DNA of 64,000 nt from a virus (taxonomy: Duplodnaviria > Caudoviricetes): IMG/VR virus record IMGVR_UViG_2974594478_000001, positions 1 through 64,000 of that record. One strand, written 5' to 3'. The notes beneath the pieces were generated by a model that had not been told where the DNA came from, did not search any database, and saw only the letters and a program-made list of their open reading frames with translations. Position numbers and translations under genes: made by a program. This document shows positions 45,940-55,648 of this stretch, piece after piece. Positions within the stretch are counted from its first letter, which is position 1. Each line of letters opens with the position of its first letter.

Positions 45940-48195
45940 TTAGTTCGCTCCCGCTGATCTGGCAAGGAGACTTTGTACTCTTCGAGATCGAACAATTGCT
46001 TCTGCTCTTTCCCTCATATTCTGAGCTTCCGCATTGGTAGGTTCACGCCCCAACTCATCCAGTAGTGTTCTGTAGACTTCCAGAACTGATCTACCATTCA
46101 CTGGTTCTTGAATCTGTGCTCTTGTCCCAGCAGGAACGGTCACTGGATCAGTAGCTCTCTGAGGTGGGGCAGGGTTTCCTCTGAAGGTACTTGCTGCACC
46201 ACCATTTCGCATCACTGCATCGAGAGCTTGTTGTGCTCTGCTGACAGCTTCATCTCTTTTCTTTGTCGCCTCTGTGAGATCAAGGTTCCGACGAGATGTA
46301 GCTTTCAGTCTTTGGTTCCGTTCCAGTTCCAATTGAAGACGTTCAGCTTCTTGAACCAGAGTGTTAGCATTTGTACGAGCTTCATTAGAAGTTCTCAGAC
46401 GCTTCATTCTCTGTTCAATGGTTGTCCCACTTTCACCATTAGCAGCGTTACCTGTTGCTGGATCAGTGATGGAACCAAGCAGACGATCTACCTTACTATA
46501 GTCAAATTGGACTTCCTCACTCTCACCAGTAAAGGGAGTGAAGTCTCCAATAACTCTTTCAGAACGAACTGAATCAGCAAGAGCAAGTGCTGCTACCGAT
46601 GGGTAAACACCATAGGTCTTGCTGTAATAATTGATATCATCAGTAACCTTATCTTCACTTCTACCTTGAAGAAGACCACCTTTACCAATGAGACGATTCA
46701 CTACAGCAGCAGTTGGACTATCGTCATCAGCAGCTTTCAGGAAGTTATTATCAAAAGTTCCTGTTGTATTACCAGAACGATCAACAGCGAAACGAGCATT
46801 GACATTGGACAGATTGTTCTTGAGATCCAAGATCACAGGAGCAACTGTTGTGCTTGCTGGTTCCTGTCCAGTAGCAACAGCTTCCGTCTTTGCTTCTGCT
46901 TCTTTCTTGGTTTCCTGCTTCTCTGGTTCCTTAGCAGGAGCAAGGAAATCAATATCAGCAGCAGAAGGAATAGGAGCAGTCTGTGTACGTGGGCGGGTTA
47001 CATCAGCCCAAGCACCATTCTTCTCAGCTTCCCGAATCTCAGCAACAGACCTCGTATAGACTTCTGGTCCAAGTGCTTCGATATCCAGTCGAGCAATAGC
47101 TTCATCTGGCGTTGCTGAACCAACGATAAGAGGTGTTACAGATTCACGAGCAGCTTCAGTGATCCCACGACCACGAAGCTCATCAGTCTCTTCACGATTA
47201 CGCTTTCTCTCTTCAGATTGACCTTCACGGAAAACCTGTCCCTCTCTTGCAGCCTTGATGGTGTTATCCGTCAGGGTCAGGAGATTGGTTGTCGTACCAT
47301 TCAAAGGATAACGAGCATTGTTGACCATGCTCTCAATGGCACCACTTGGATCCCCAGAGAATGCCAAGGCACGATCCTGAATAGCATCAACAGAGAGTTC
47401 ATAGTTCCTCTGGTTGAAACCGTCCTTACCTCTTGGAGTACCAACTCTGATTGGACCGGGAGTCGGTGTTCGAACTGAAGTCATCAATTCAACAGCAGGG
47501 TTGGTTCCATCATTCACAGGAGCAGGCGTGCTCACGGAAGGGACAGATCCAGAACCAAGTGCAGCAGCATTCTCAAGCGTAGGAGCTACCTGAGTAATAT
47601 TGGTGACTGGTGCACCAGCTTCCGATTCAAATTCAGGAAGCATACCTGTTACCGATGGGTCAGCAGCAGCGACCACATCACTGACAATATCAGAGGGCAG
47701 TTCAGAAACTCTAGTCTGAGCAGGGACAGTGGATTCAGGACCATTCACCTGAGACGAGGTGATGTTCCCATCCGCATCATAATAGCCTCTGATACCTGTG
47801 TTGTTGACATCAACAAAGTCATCTCTCCCACCCTTACCACCACGACCTCCCCCTGCACCACGAGCAGCAAGAGTCCTGTTCGCAAGATCATTCTTGAGAA
47901 GAGAAGTCTGATAATCAGCAGCAAAGGCAAGAGCTTCAGGAGTGATATATCTTGGATCAGCAGAACCAAGAATACCATTCGACAAAGCAGTCGAAAGTTC
48001 AGCAGAAGATCTGTTCTTCAAGATATCTGCCATCAATTGAGACGAGGCAGCTTGAGTACGACCTTCCTGAAAACCTTCAATAGATGCCATCAAATCTCTG
48101 GATGCATTGCTAAAGCCTTGACCAGATACCTGCAAGGCAGAAGCAGAACCAGAGAAGTTAGGAGCATCGACATTACGCCAAGTAAGTGGTGCCAC
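45940..48195 (-). CDS. Internal virion/ejection protein (N4 gp51-like)
   Basis: MAPLTWRNVDAPNFSG N-terminus; no Cys seen; synteny. Confidence 0.8.
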   Translation of the reverse strand: MAPLTWRNVDAPNFSGSASALQVSGQGFSNASRDLMASIEGFQEGRTQAASSQLMADILKNRSSAELSTALSNGILGSADPRYITPEALAFAADYQTSLLKNDLANRTLAARGAGGGRGGKGGRDDFVDVNNTGIRGYYDADGNITSSQVNGPESTVPAQTRVSELPSDIVSDVVAAADPSVTGMLPEFESEAGAPVTNITQVAPTLENAAALGSGSVPSVSTPAPVNDGTNPAVELMTSVRTPTPGPIRVGTPRGKDGFNQRNYELSVDAIQDRALAFSGDPSGAIESMVNNARYPLNGTTTNLLTLTDNTIKAAREGQVFREGQSEERKRNREETDELRGRGITEAARESVTPLIVGSATPDEAIARLDIEALGPEVYTRSVAEIREAEKNGAWADVTRPRTQTAPIPSAADIDFLAPAKEPEKQETKKEAEAKTEAVATGQEPASTTVAPVILDLKNNLSNVNARFAVDRSGNTTGTFDNNFLKAADDDSPTAAVVNRLIGKGGLLQGRSEDKVTDDINYYSKTYGVYPSVAALALADSVRSERVIGDFTPFTGESEEVQFDYSKVDRLLGSITDPATGNAANGESGTTIEQRMKRLRTSNEARTNANTLVQEAERLQLELERNQRLKATSRRNLDLTEATKKRDEAVSRAQQALDAVMRNGGAASTFRGNPAPPQRATDPVTVPAGTRAQIQEPVNGRSVLEVYRTLLDELGREPTNAEAQNMRERAEAIVRSRRVQSLLARSAGAN

Positions 48196-48206
48196 GTTGA
48201 AACTCC

Positions 48207-48626
48207 TTACAGACGATTCTTATCAATGTAAGAATCAATCTGATCTTGAGATTGACCCTCAGTGAAACCACGAGAACGAGCACGATCTTCCAGTGCCGTA
48301 TTATAGGACTGAATTTGATTTGCCAGATTCTTATTGGCAAAGTTCTTCTGGAAATTAAACGAGTCTCTTGCAAGCTTCTGAGCTTGGAAAGCGTTCCAGA
48401 GATTACCAATGGTGGACAAACCACCACCAATGAGCTTGAGACCATCAAGGCTCATTAGTCCACCAAATCCCCCAGAACCAGTACCACCTACATTAAATTG
48501 AGATGGATCAGCACCAATGAGATTTCCATAAGTCGTATTGGCTTGGAACTGTGGGCTTTGGAGATAAGCATTCTGCTGCTGAGAACCAAAACCAAAGTTA
48601 GCAATGTCACTAGGCAAAATAGCCAT
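48207..48626 (-). CDS. Structural/ejection protein (N4 gp52-like)
   Basis: Gly-rich, AQKLARDSFNFQK...SYNTALEDRARSR. Confidence 0.8.
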   Translation of the reverse strand: MAILPSDIANFGFGSQQQNAYLQSPQFQANTTYGNLIGADPSQFNVGGTGSGGFGGLMSLDGLKLIGGGLSTIGNLWNAFQAQKLARDSFNFQKNFANKNLANQIQSYNTALEDRARSRGFTEGQSQDQIDSYIDKNRL

Positions 48627-48640
48627 CTGATTTTCTCCGA

Positions 48641-51340
48641 TTAAGCATAGGCATTGGGTAGAGTCAGAGTCAATTCAGTGAAGCTATTCAACATATCATG
48701 AGACATGTTTGCTATGTCGCTTCCCGTCATCAGTGTTCTGGTGAGGAATGTATCCCCACTTTCCAAAAAGATGTTCGAAGAATCCAAGAACATATTTGGG
48801 TTGATTATGTTGTTAGCATAACCAATGTTCTCTGAATAGAGTTCAGAGATTCTCTCAGACTCCTTCTGGTAGTTATTCATAATGTCTCTACTCTCTGCTG
48901 CCATATCTTGAATAGATGATTGGACATAAGCAGAGTAACCACCAGAGACAGCATCTGTCAGTTTCAGGATATTATCCACTTTCATCAGATCTGCCCAGTT
49001 AAACTGGAAACCTGCTTGAAAGCCTTGGATAAAACCAGAGACAAACATTCCAAACAGTGCACCAAGAATGGGACCAAGGAATCCCAGATTCTTAGTAACA
49101 GCTTCAATGAGTGTGCTCAGCACCATAGCTGCAAGAGCATTCGCTACTGATCCGACAATAGCAGCAGTAAGACCGGAAAAGCCGAGAGCAGAACCAATAG
49201 CAAGATTAGAACCAAGGAGACCAAAGCCAGCACCACCTGTGAAAGCAACAGAGATAATGGCAATAACAATGACAAACAGGATCTTAAAGATCCCTCTCTC
49301 ATACCATCTCTGCTTCACAATCTGGTAGCAATTGAACAGGATAAAGCAGCAGGCAGTGGACATCTGTGTGCCAGCTATCAGTGATACAGCTTTATAGGTT
49401 GGGTAATGTAGAGGGACTACGAATCCAGATTCCTCTGTATCATCAAGAGCATCAGCTAGACTGGTATCAACAGACTTACCATTGTAGACGAAGTTCTTAT
49501 GCAACATCCCTTCAATGTTCATGACCTTATAGCTGTTAGCAGTAACCTGCCAATACAGCTTAGCTCTTTGAATTCTCAAAGGATCCTGTGGGATCTCTTT
49601 GTATCCACCTCCCGAAATAACCATTGTGGGTGGCATATTATAGGTATCTGTTGGAAGCTTCTCCAACCAGAACTCACCTACCTTGGCATCAGGCTTACTG
49701 AGACCAGCATGATCAGTTTCATAAAGAAAGTTCCAGTGGATACGGATATCAAAGTTCCGAGCTACTGAACCAGTGTTCGCCATCCGAATGATGTTAGAAG
49801 GTAGGACAGGTTTCGATGGAACAGACGGTTTTGGTTCCCCAAAATAAGGAGATCCAGAATTAGCCTGACCCTTCTGCCATTGATAGAACTCTTCCCGAGC
49901 CTCATCATAGGCTACACGCTTGACTTTCCATTCATTGAAATTGGCAAGTGAGGATGTCTGAAGATCCATCAGATTTCTGAAGAAGTAATAGAGATACTTC
50001 TTGCAAGCATTTTCTTTCACATTCAGTGACACACCAAACATTGCATAAGCAAAGTCAATGTCATCCAGATCATCATTGTCTTCAATAGATTCCACAAGCT
50101 TATCAAAGCTTGCTTTCATTGCTTTTTTGTAACCCTTCTTAGCTTCACCATAAGCTACAGGTTCATGAGATTCTGAAAGAAACTCATTCTCAATACGTAC
50201 TGGAATGAATGGGAAGAACTGACCAGTCAATTCATTATCTGCTGGAACCAAAGAATCCAGAACAGCATTACCGCTACCAATCCGGTAGATGTAATATTTC
50301 AAAGATGAGAATCCATTATTGATGATGTCCTGAGTATCTACTCGATACCATTTGTCATAGTTAATGAATTCAGATGTTACAGTTGTAGTAGTGGTCTTAG
50401 TAACGCCACCACCCATATCTTCCTCAACAACTGTCACTTCTACATCTTCATCAATGAAACCAAATTGATGAAAGAACATGTAGGATTTTGTTGAAGACAT
50501 AACTTCAACATTACCAACTACCACAGCACCGTTGTAAACAGTCTGCTGGTATTCAGCATCTCGATCCAGATAATCGACAAAGCTATGTGTATCCGTAGTG
50601 GTATCACTACCGGGAGATCCATCCGAATAGGTCACAACAACTCTGGTTGTCTCAGTGAGATCCACTCCCACATGAGGTGTCAAGACATTGGATACATCAG
50701 TCCATCCCGTCGTAGAGGGGAATGGATCCGCTTCCGTTAGTGGAATCGTGGAACCAGTTACAATTGGGTCAGCTTGGTTCTCAATGGCAGAGACGTAACT
50801 CACATAGAGATACTTCGCATTGATATTGAAGCTAGGGGATGATGGAGTAATAAAGGTTGTTGAGAGATCAGCAAAGGTGATCTTTATCTGGTTGGTATTT
50901 TCCAGATAATCAGCAGTCCATGCTGTATCAAACAGTTCTGGATAATTATCCAGCATCCATTTCTCAGCCCAGTAGGTGTAATCAGCATCACCGATTTCAG
51001 CATTCTGAACCACTGCTACTTCGGGGGGAACGATGCCAGGAATCTGATCAGGAATCAGTGTACCATCCACAGAGGAGAGATCGGTAATGAACCCTGTAGG
51101 GATACCAATCTCGTCATAATTCCCACTGTTCACTGCCCAGTTATAAAAGCTTCTAAGCCTGATACCGGGACCACCTAGATAACCTTTCCGAAACGTATCC
51201 CCCATACCTTCCTTGGTTCCAGAGAGAATATTTCTCGTGACCAAGGATCTTAGGTAATTAGGACGATCATCCTCATCCCCTGCCAAGTTATAAGCGACAG
51301 AGGAGACATAGGTTTTCTTACTGGAAGAGAACAGTCCCAT
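48641..51340 (-). CDS. Tail/structural protein (N4 gp53-like)
   Basis: MGLFSSSKKTYVSS N-terminus; C-terminal WYERGIFK plus hydrophobic segments; synteny. Confidence 0.8.
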   Translation of the reverse strand: MGLFSSSKKTYVSSVAYNLAGDEDDRPNYLRSLVTRNILSGTKEGMGDTFRKGYLGGPGIRLRSFYNWAVNSGNYDEIGIPTGFITDLSSVDGTLIPDQIPGIVPPEVAVVQNAEIGDADYTYWAEKWMLDNYPELFDTAWTADYLENTNQIKITFADLSTTFITPSSPSFNINAKYLYVSYVSAIENQADPIVTGSTIPLTEADPFPSTTGWTDVSNVLTPHVGVDLTETTRVVVTYSDGSPGSDTTTDTHSFVDYLDRDAEYQQTVYNGAVVVGNVEVMSSTKSYMFFHQFGFIDEDVEVTVVEEDMGGGVTKTTTTTVTSEFINYDKWYRVDTQDIINNGFSSLKYYIYRIGSGNAVLDSLVPADNELTGQFFPFIPVRIENEFLSESHEPVAYGEAKKGYKKAMKASFDKLVESIEDNDDLDDIDFAYAMFGVSLNVKENACKKYLYYFFRNLMDLQTSSLANFNEWKVKRVAYDEAREEFYQWQKGQANSGSPYFGEPKPSVPSKPVLPSNIIRMANTGSVARNFDIRIHWNFLYETDHAGLSKPDAKVGEFWLEKLPTDTYNMPPTMVISGGGYKEIPQDPLRIQRAKLYWQVTANSYKVMNIEGMLHKNFVYNGKSVDTSLADALDDTEESGFVVPLHYPTYKAVSLIAGTQMSTACCFILFNCYQIVKQRWYERGIFKILFVIVIAIISVAFTGGAGFGLLGSNLAIGSALGFSGLTAAIVGSVANALAAMVLSTLIEAVTKNLGFLGPILGALFGMFVSGFIQGFQAGFQFNWADLMKVDNILKLTDAVSGGYSAYVQSSIQDMAAESRDIMNNYQKESERISELYSENIGYANNIINPNMFLDSSNIFLESGDTFLTRTLMTGSDIANMSHDMLNSFTELTLTLPNAYA

Positions 51341-52188
51341 TAGTTGAAATCATTCTCTGTCTTAATCTTGGTGAGCACTTGATCCACACTGGCATTGGTA
51401 AAGCCTGTTGGAGCAACAAGACCTTCATCAATTGTCTTCTGTGTGATCCATGCATCTACAAACAGCTTGCCTGCCTTGACCTCAGCATCTCGCTGATAGG
51501 AGGTAATCTGTTGGGTATAGAGATCTTTCTGCTTCCCAATGGAACCAGTAATGGTAGTCACACCATCCGATCTGGTGTTCATGGTCTGAGCACGAGCAGC
51601 TTCCATTTGTTCAACGACAAGCTTCTTCTGTTCTTGGGTCAGTTCCGTCTGAGCCTTCATTTGACAATAGGTCTGATCTTCCGTTGCCAGTTTCATAACA
51701 GTCAAAGCGTAAGTCGCTTCCGAGTTACGAGCTTGGTACTCCATTGCAATGGCTTGGAGCTTAGCAACTTGGAGATTGACCTTGGCAGTGACCAGTTCCA
51801 CCTGTGCGGTCTGTGCTTGTGCCTGAGCCAGTACACCCTGCCAATATGCTTGGTCTTTCCCAAGTAGATATTGAGCAGCAGTACCAAGAGCACCTTGGAA
51901 AGCTGCAATATAGGCTTTTGTGTATTCTGCACCGGAAATTCTATTTGCCTGAAATTCACCCTTAAGGTGATTGGCAATGCTTTCCATAAGTGCATCGAAT
52001 GTACCTGTGCCATTGATCTGGCGAGTGGTGAGATCCTCATTCGTCAAAGGATCCGGCAAAGCAACTGCCGGAAGATCTGGGAGATCAAACTCTGGACCAG
52101 ACAAATCGATATCAGGAAAGGTAATCTCTTTCCCAAGCAGAATGTCTGTCAGAAGTTCTTTAGCAAGGGTCTCACCACCGCAGGACAT
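51340..52188 (-). CDS. Structural protein (N4 gp54-like)
   Basis: GTGTFDALM, GKQKDLYTQQITSYQRDAEVK, WITQKTIDEG. Confidence 0.8.
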   Translation of the reverse strand: MSCGGETLAKELLTDILLGKEITFPDIDLSGPEFDLPDLPAVALPDPLTNEDLTTRQINGTGTFDALMESIANHLKGEFQANRISGAEYTKAYIAAFQGALGTAAQYLLGKDQAYWQGVLAQAQAQTAQVELVTAKVNLQVAKLQAIAMEYQARNSEATYALTVMKLATEDQTYCQMKAQTELTQEQKKLVVEQMEAARAQTMNTRSDGVTTITGSIGKQKDLYTQQITSYQRDAEVKAGKLFVDAWITQKTIDEGLVAPTGFTNASVDQVLTKIKTENDFN

Positions 52189-52198
52189 ATATCACCTA

Positions 52199-52822
52199 TT
52201 ATTCACCAGAGGTCGAACCAGAAGCAGCTTGTTGAGCCTTAAGATCGGCAAGACCCTTCTCATCCAGTTGAGGAAGGACTTCAAGAGCGAACTCACGAAC
52301 CCAGTTAGCTTGAACCTCATTGGTTCCACGCTTGGATTTACGTGTCTTGATCTGAAGGAATTTCCGATCCTTCATCATATTATAGATGCAATAGGGAACA
52401 TGATACCCATTGTCAGTCTGTTCACCAAAGGGAACAAACTTACGAACCGTACCCAAGTAGCTATTGGCAATAGTGAAAATCTCACCGGGAAGATTCTTCT
52501 TCTTTGGATCCAAGCAGGTAACACGAATACGGACCAGCTTCATCTGTTCCTTCTTCAGACGTGCACGAATCTGCATCTTCGTCTCAGGTTTAGCAGCTAC
52601 TTCTTCTGCTTCCTCAGCTTGCTGTTCAGCAGCTTGTTCCTGCTCCTTAGCGTCACCATCCAGCTTTTCTTGAATACGAGCCTTAAGAGCATCAACTCCA
52701 ATGTTGTTGGAGAAGGTGATTCCCATCATACGAGCACGCTGCTTCAGCATATCCAGTTCAGTGAACTGAACTTCTTCAGTCTCAGTTTCTTCACCACTCG
52801 TTGTATTAAACAGATCCGACAT
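52199..52822 (-). CDS. N4 gp55-like protein
   Basis: LKQRARMMGITFSNNIG, KLVRIRVTCLDPKKK, KFVPF. Confidence 0.8.
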   Translation of the reverse strand: MSDLFNTTSGEETETEEVQFTELDMLKQRARMMGITFSNNIGVDALKARIQEKLDGDAKEQEQAAEQQAEEAEEVAAKPETKMQIRARLKKEQMKLVRIRVTCLDPKKKNLPGEIFTIANSYLGTVRKFVPFGEQTDNGYHVPYCIYNMMKDRKFLQIKTRKSKRGTNEVQANWVREFALEVLPQLDEKGLADLKAQQAASGSTSGE

Positions 52823-52844
52823 TGGGTTTACCTATGATTTGTTA

Positions 52845-52872
52845 AAGAAAAGGGAGGGTATTAACCCTCCCT
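52845..52872 (-). terminator. Terminator after the major capsid gene
   Basis: AGGGAGGG-tattaa-CCCTCCCT; TTTTCTTT follows on the minus strand. Confidence 0.8.
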
Positions 52873-52896
52873 CCAAGAAACAATCTAATCACTAGA

Positions 52897-54099
52897 TCAG
52901 ATTGGTGCAACAGTCTTGATAAGACCGATACGCTCTGGGCGCTTAACAAGGATACCGTAGTACCACTTGATGGACGAGAACCCAGTCTCACCGTAAGGAT
53001 CATTACGGTCAGCAGTTTCCTTACCGGGCATCTTGGTCAGAACGGAGAACTTAACCGTCTTACCATCGGTTTGGAAACCAATCGTGGTCCACGAATCATC
53101 ACCGAGGACAAGCATCGGGAAGATATCATAGTGATCCGTACCAGCTACATCCGAGGCACGATAACCCGGATTCGTAGCTTCAGCAGCACCGGCACCTGCC
53201 CAATGGAGCATTTCCGGTACAACAACGATACGGAATTCGAAGATCGAACCGATCTCACCATTCAGGATCGTACCAGCATCACCATATTGCTGAACCGGAA
53301 TGAAGGCAGGATTGTTGAATGGATCAACCATCTTGCGAACCACTGGATCCAGTTCGGAACCAATGAACATCACACGACCAGCAGCAATGGTCTTGGTATC
53401 GATCAGACGCGAACCAGTGATAACCTTGGTCTGCTTCGGAGTCCGGTTATCCGTGAGGATCTGAGACAGACGCATCAGGTTGTCATAGTCAACAATCGAA
53501 GGCGTTGCACCTTCAGCAGTGACTTCCGAATCCTGAGTCGCAGCACCAGCGTAAACAATGACACCAGCAGCAGCGAGAAGATCCTTCTGGAGAACTGCTT
53601 CGGTAAGCTGAACAGCACCATTCATAAGCTCACGAGACAGGTGCTCCTTAAGACCATCATCCGAATCAAAGTCCAGAGATTCCTGAGTAAATTCAGTGAA
53701 GAAACCGAACTTCTCAATGGAACCTTCACGCTCCAGACGAGTGAAACCAACACGGTTCACACGACCACCATTCTCAGTGAGAGTTGGAAGCTTGGAGGTG
53801 ATCGTACCAATATCCTTGGACGAACCATAGAGATTACCATTGGCAATGGTAACACCATTGGCATCAATACCTTGGTCATTGACGTTACGTTCATCAAGCA
53901 GAGGAACATATTCATAGACCTTGATGGTCTTACCAAAGTGCTTCGGCATACCAATGGTCGAAGCCAGTGGCATGAAGAACTGCTCTTTACGGGATTCGAT
54001 AATCGCATTCTTCAGCCAGAAGAATGTATTCATCTGATCGGAACCAGCACCATCAATCGTGGATTTGGACCCATCAATAGGGGCATTATAGTTCAACAT
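52897..54099 (-). CDS. Major capsid protein (N4 gp56-like)
   Basis: 400 aa; [54 protein letters not shown]. Confidence 0.96.
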   Translation of the reverse strand: MLNYNAPIDGSKSTIDGAGSDQMNTFFWLKNAIIESRKEQFFMPLASTIGMPKHFGKTIKVYEYVPLLDERNVNDQGIDANGVTIANGNLYGSSKDIGTITSKLPTLTENGGRVNRVGFTRLEREGSIEKFGFFTEFTQESLDFDSDDGLKEHLSRELMNGAVQLTEAVLQKDLLAAAGVIVYAGAATQDSEVTAEGATPSIVDYDNLMRLSQILTDNRTPKQTKVITGSRLIDTKTIAAGRVMFIGSELDPVVRKMVDPFNNPAFIPVQQYGDAGTILNGEIGSIFEFRIVVVPEMLHWAGAGAAEATNPGYRASDVAGTDHYDIFPMLVLGDDSWTTIGFQTDGKTVKFSVLTKMPGKETADRNDPYGETGFSSIKWYYGILVKRPERIGLIKTVAPI

Positions 54100-54111
54100 G
54101 GGATATTAACC

Positions 54112-55323
54112 TCACAATCTACCTTTGAATTTCTGAAGAAACTCATCATCCGACATAGCCAACGGATTCTTGAATTCTTCAGCCTTGTTAGGGGAAGTCT
54201 TCGTGGGAGAAGCAGCCCTAGCTTTATCCCCGTTACTTACTGCTGGCTTGGGAGTGGCAACCCGTTCTGTTACTACAGTTGGTTGTTTCACTTCCTGTTT
54301 TGATGGTTGGAAAGCATTTCGCTTTACCATGTCATCACCAACCAGCTTATAAGCTTGGAGGAATGGAACATTGGACGGAATCACACCGAGCATCTTCTGT
54401 CGGTCCATCTCCGTGACGATCTGTTGATACACACCGTTTTCACGTTGAGTCTGGATTACCGACAAGAGTTCAGGTTGTTTCCAGAGGGCTTCCTTACTAA
54501 CTTGATCCCATGTCGTATTGATGTCTTGAAGTGTTTCTCTACCGTTTGGTTTGGACTGAATGTCTTCCAAAGCAGTAGTAAAGTTCACTTCTTCATCAGT
54601 GACACTGTGATTGCTAGGCGTGTAAGCCGGTTCTTCACTAGTGTTAATGTCAAGTGGATCAACTCCACTATCCTTCACTAACTTCTTAATAGCATCAGGA
54701 TTCTTTTTATCCAAGTCTATTAAGTAAGAAAGTTTAGCTTCATCCAACAAATTATTGTTTTGAAGCATAGTGAGCAACTTTCTCTGAGGTGCCCACTGTT
54801 GCATTTGTCGAGTATAGTTCGCTCCCATCTGCATAAGCTTAATTGCTTCATCAGGAGAACGTAGTTCAATCATTCTTCCGTTAGCTTTGAACGGAGCCAT
54901 GATTTGATTGTAGAGTTCCTCGTAATTCGGAGGAGTTTTTTCTTCTGCTTTCTCAGATTCTTTGTTTTCTGATCCAGTAGCAGAAGGGTCTTTTTCCTTC
55001 GTAGGATCTTCCTCTGCTTTTGCCTTATCAGCTTCAGCAGTTTTATCCCCAGAGGCTTCTGTGGACTTGTCAGCTTCGTCAGGCTTTGCATTGGGATCAG
55101 TCTCCTCTGTGGAAGTCTTTTCTTCCTGAGACTTATTTTCTTCAGAACCAGTAGAAGGAGTTGTCTCAACTTCTTGGGTCTGTGTCTGTTCCTGAGTTTG
55201 CTCCTGTACAGGAGGTTCTACAACAGAGTCAGACTCCCCACTTGGGGGAGTTGCTCGTTGCTTCAGGAAGTCTTCATCGGAAAGCTCAAGAGGATTACTC
55301 ATTATCAGCTTCCTCTTCAGCAC
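54112..55323 (-). CDS. N4 gp57-like protein
   Basis: APFKANGR...LMQMGANYTRQMQ, LIDLDKKNPDAIKKLVKDSG. Confidence 0.82.
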   Translation of the reverse strand: MLKRKLIMSNPLELSDEDFLKQRATPPSGESDSVVEPPVQEQTQEQTQTQEVETTPSTGSEENKSQEEKTSTEETDPNAKPDEADKSTEASGDKTAEADKAKAEEDPTKEKDPSATGSENKESEKAEEKTPPNYEELYNQIMAPFKANGRMIELRSPDEAIKLMQMGANYTRQMQQWAPQRKLLTMLQNNNLLDEAKLSYLIDLDKKNPDAIKKLVKDSGVDPLDINTSEEPAYTPSNHSVTDEEVNFTTALEDIQSKPNGRETLQDINTTWDQVSKEALWKQPELLSVIQTQRENGVYQQIVTEMDRQKMLGVIPSNVPFLQAYKLVGDDMVKRNAFQPSKQEVKQPTVVTERVATPKPAVSNGDKARAASPTKTSPNKAEEFKNPLAMSDDEFLQKFKGRL

Positions 55324-55636
55324 GAAGCTCGGTCAGATTCTCTTCAATATTCGGGAGATCTGCTGCTGCATAATCACCCTGTTGAATCATCACATTAAGC
55401 CAACGCTTCAGATGCCCAGCAGCTTGTGCCATGTTCAATGCATCAGCACGTTCCTGTGGACCCAGAGAAGGGTCAGAAGACAGGTGCACAAGGCGAGCAC
55501 TCTCAGTAACGAAGAAACCTTCGACAATCAGCTTACGGAATTCGTAGTTATCCTTAAGCTTGAGTGCCATGTCTCGCTGCTTAATTGCTTCAACAGCGGT
55601 AGACTTAGCGTATTCAAGTTGTTCAAGATCAGACAC
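55295..55636 (-). CDS. N4 gp58-like protein
   Basis: EFRKLIVEGFF; synteny between portal and gp57. Confidence 0.75.
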   Translation of the reverse strand: MSDLEQLEYAKSTAVEAIKQRDMALKLKDNYEFRKLIVEGFFVTESARLVHLSSDPSLGPQERADALNMAQAAGHLKRWLNVMIQQGDYAAADLPNIEENLTELRAEEEADNE

Positions 55637-55648
55637 GTTAGGGTTTCC

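Noticed and set aside
47820-47880. Gly/Arg-rich stretch (ARGAGGGRGGKGGR) in gp51 and the poly-Ala run in the tailspike
   Set aside because: Ordinary low-complexity linkers in structural proteins
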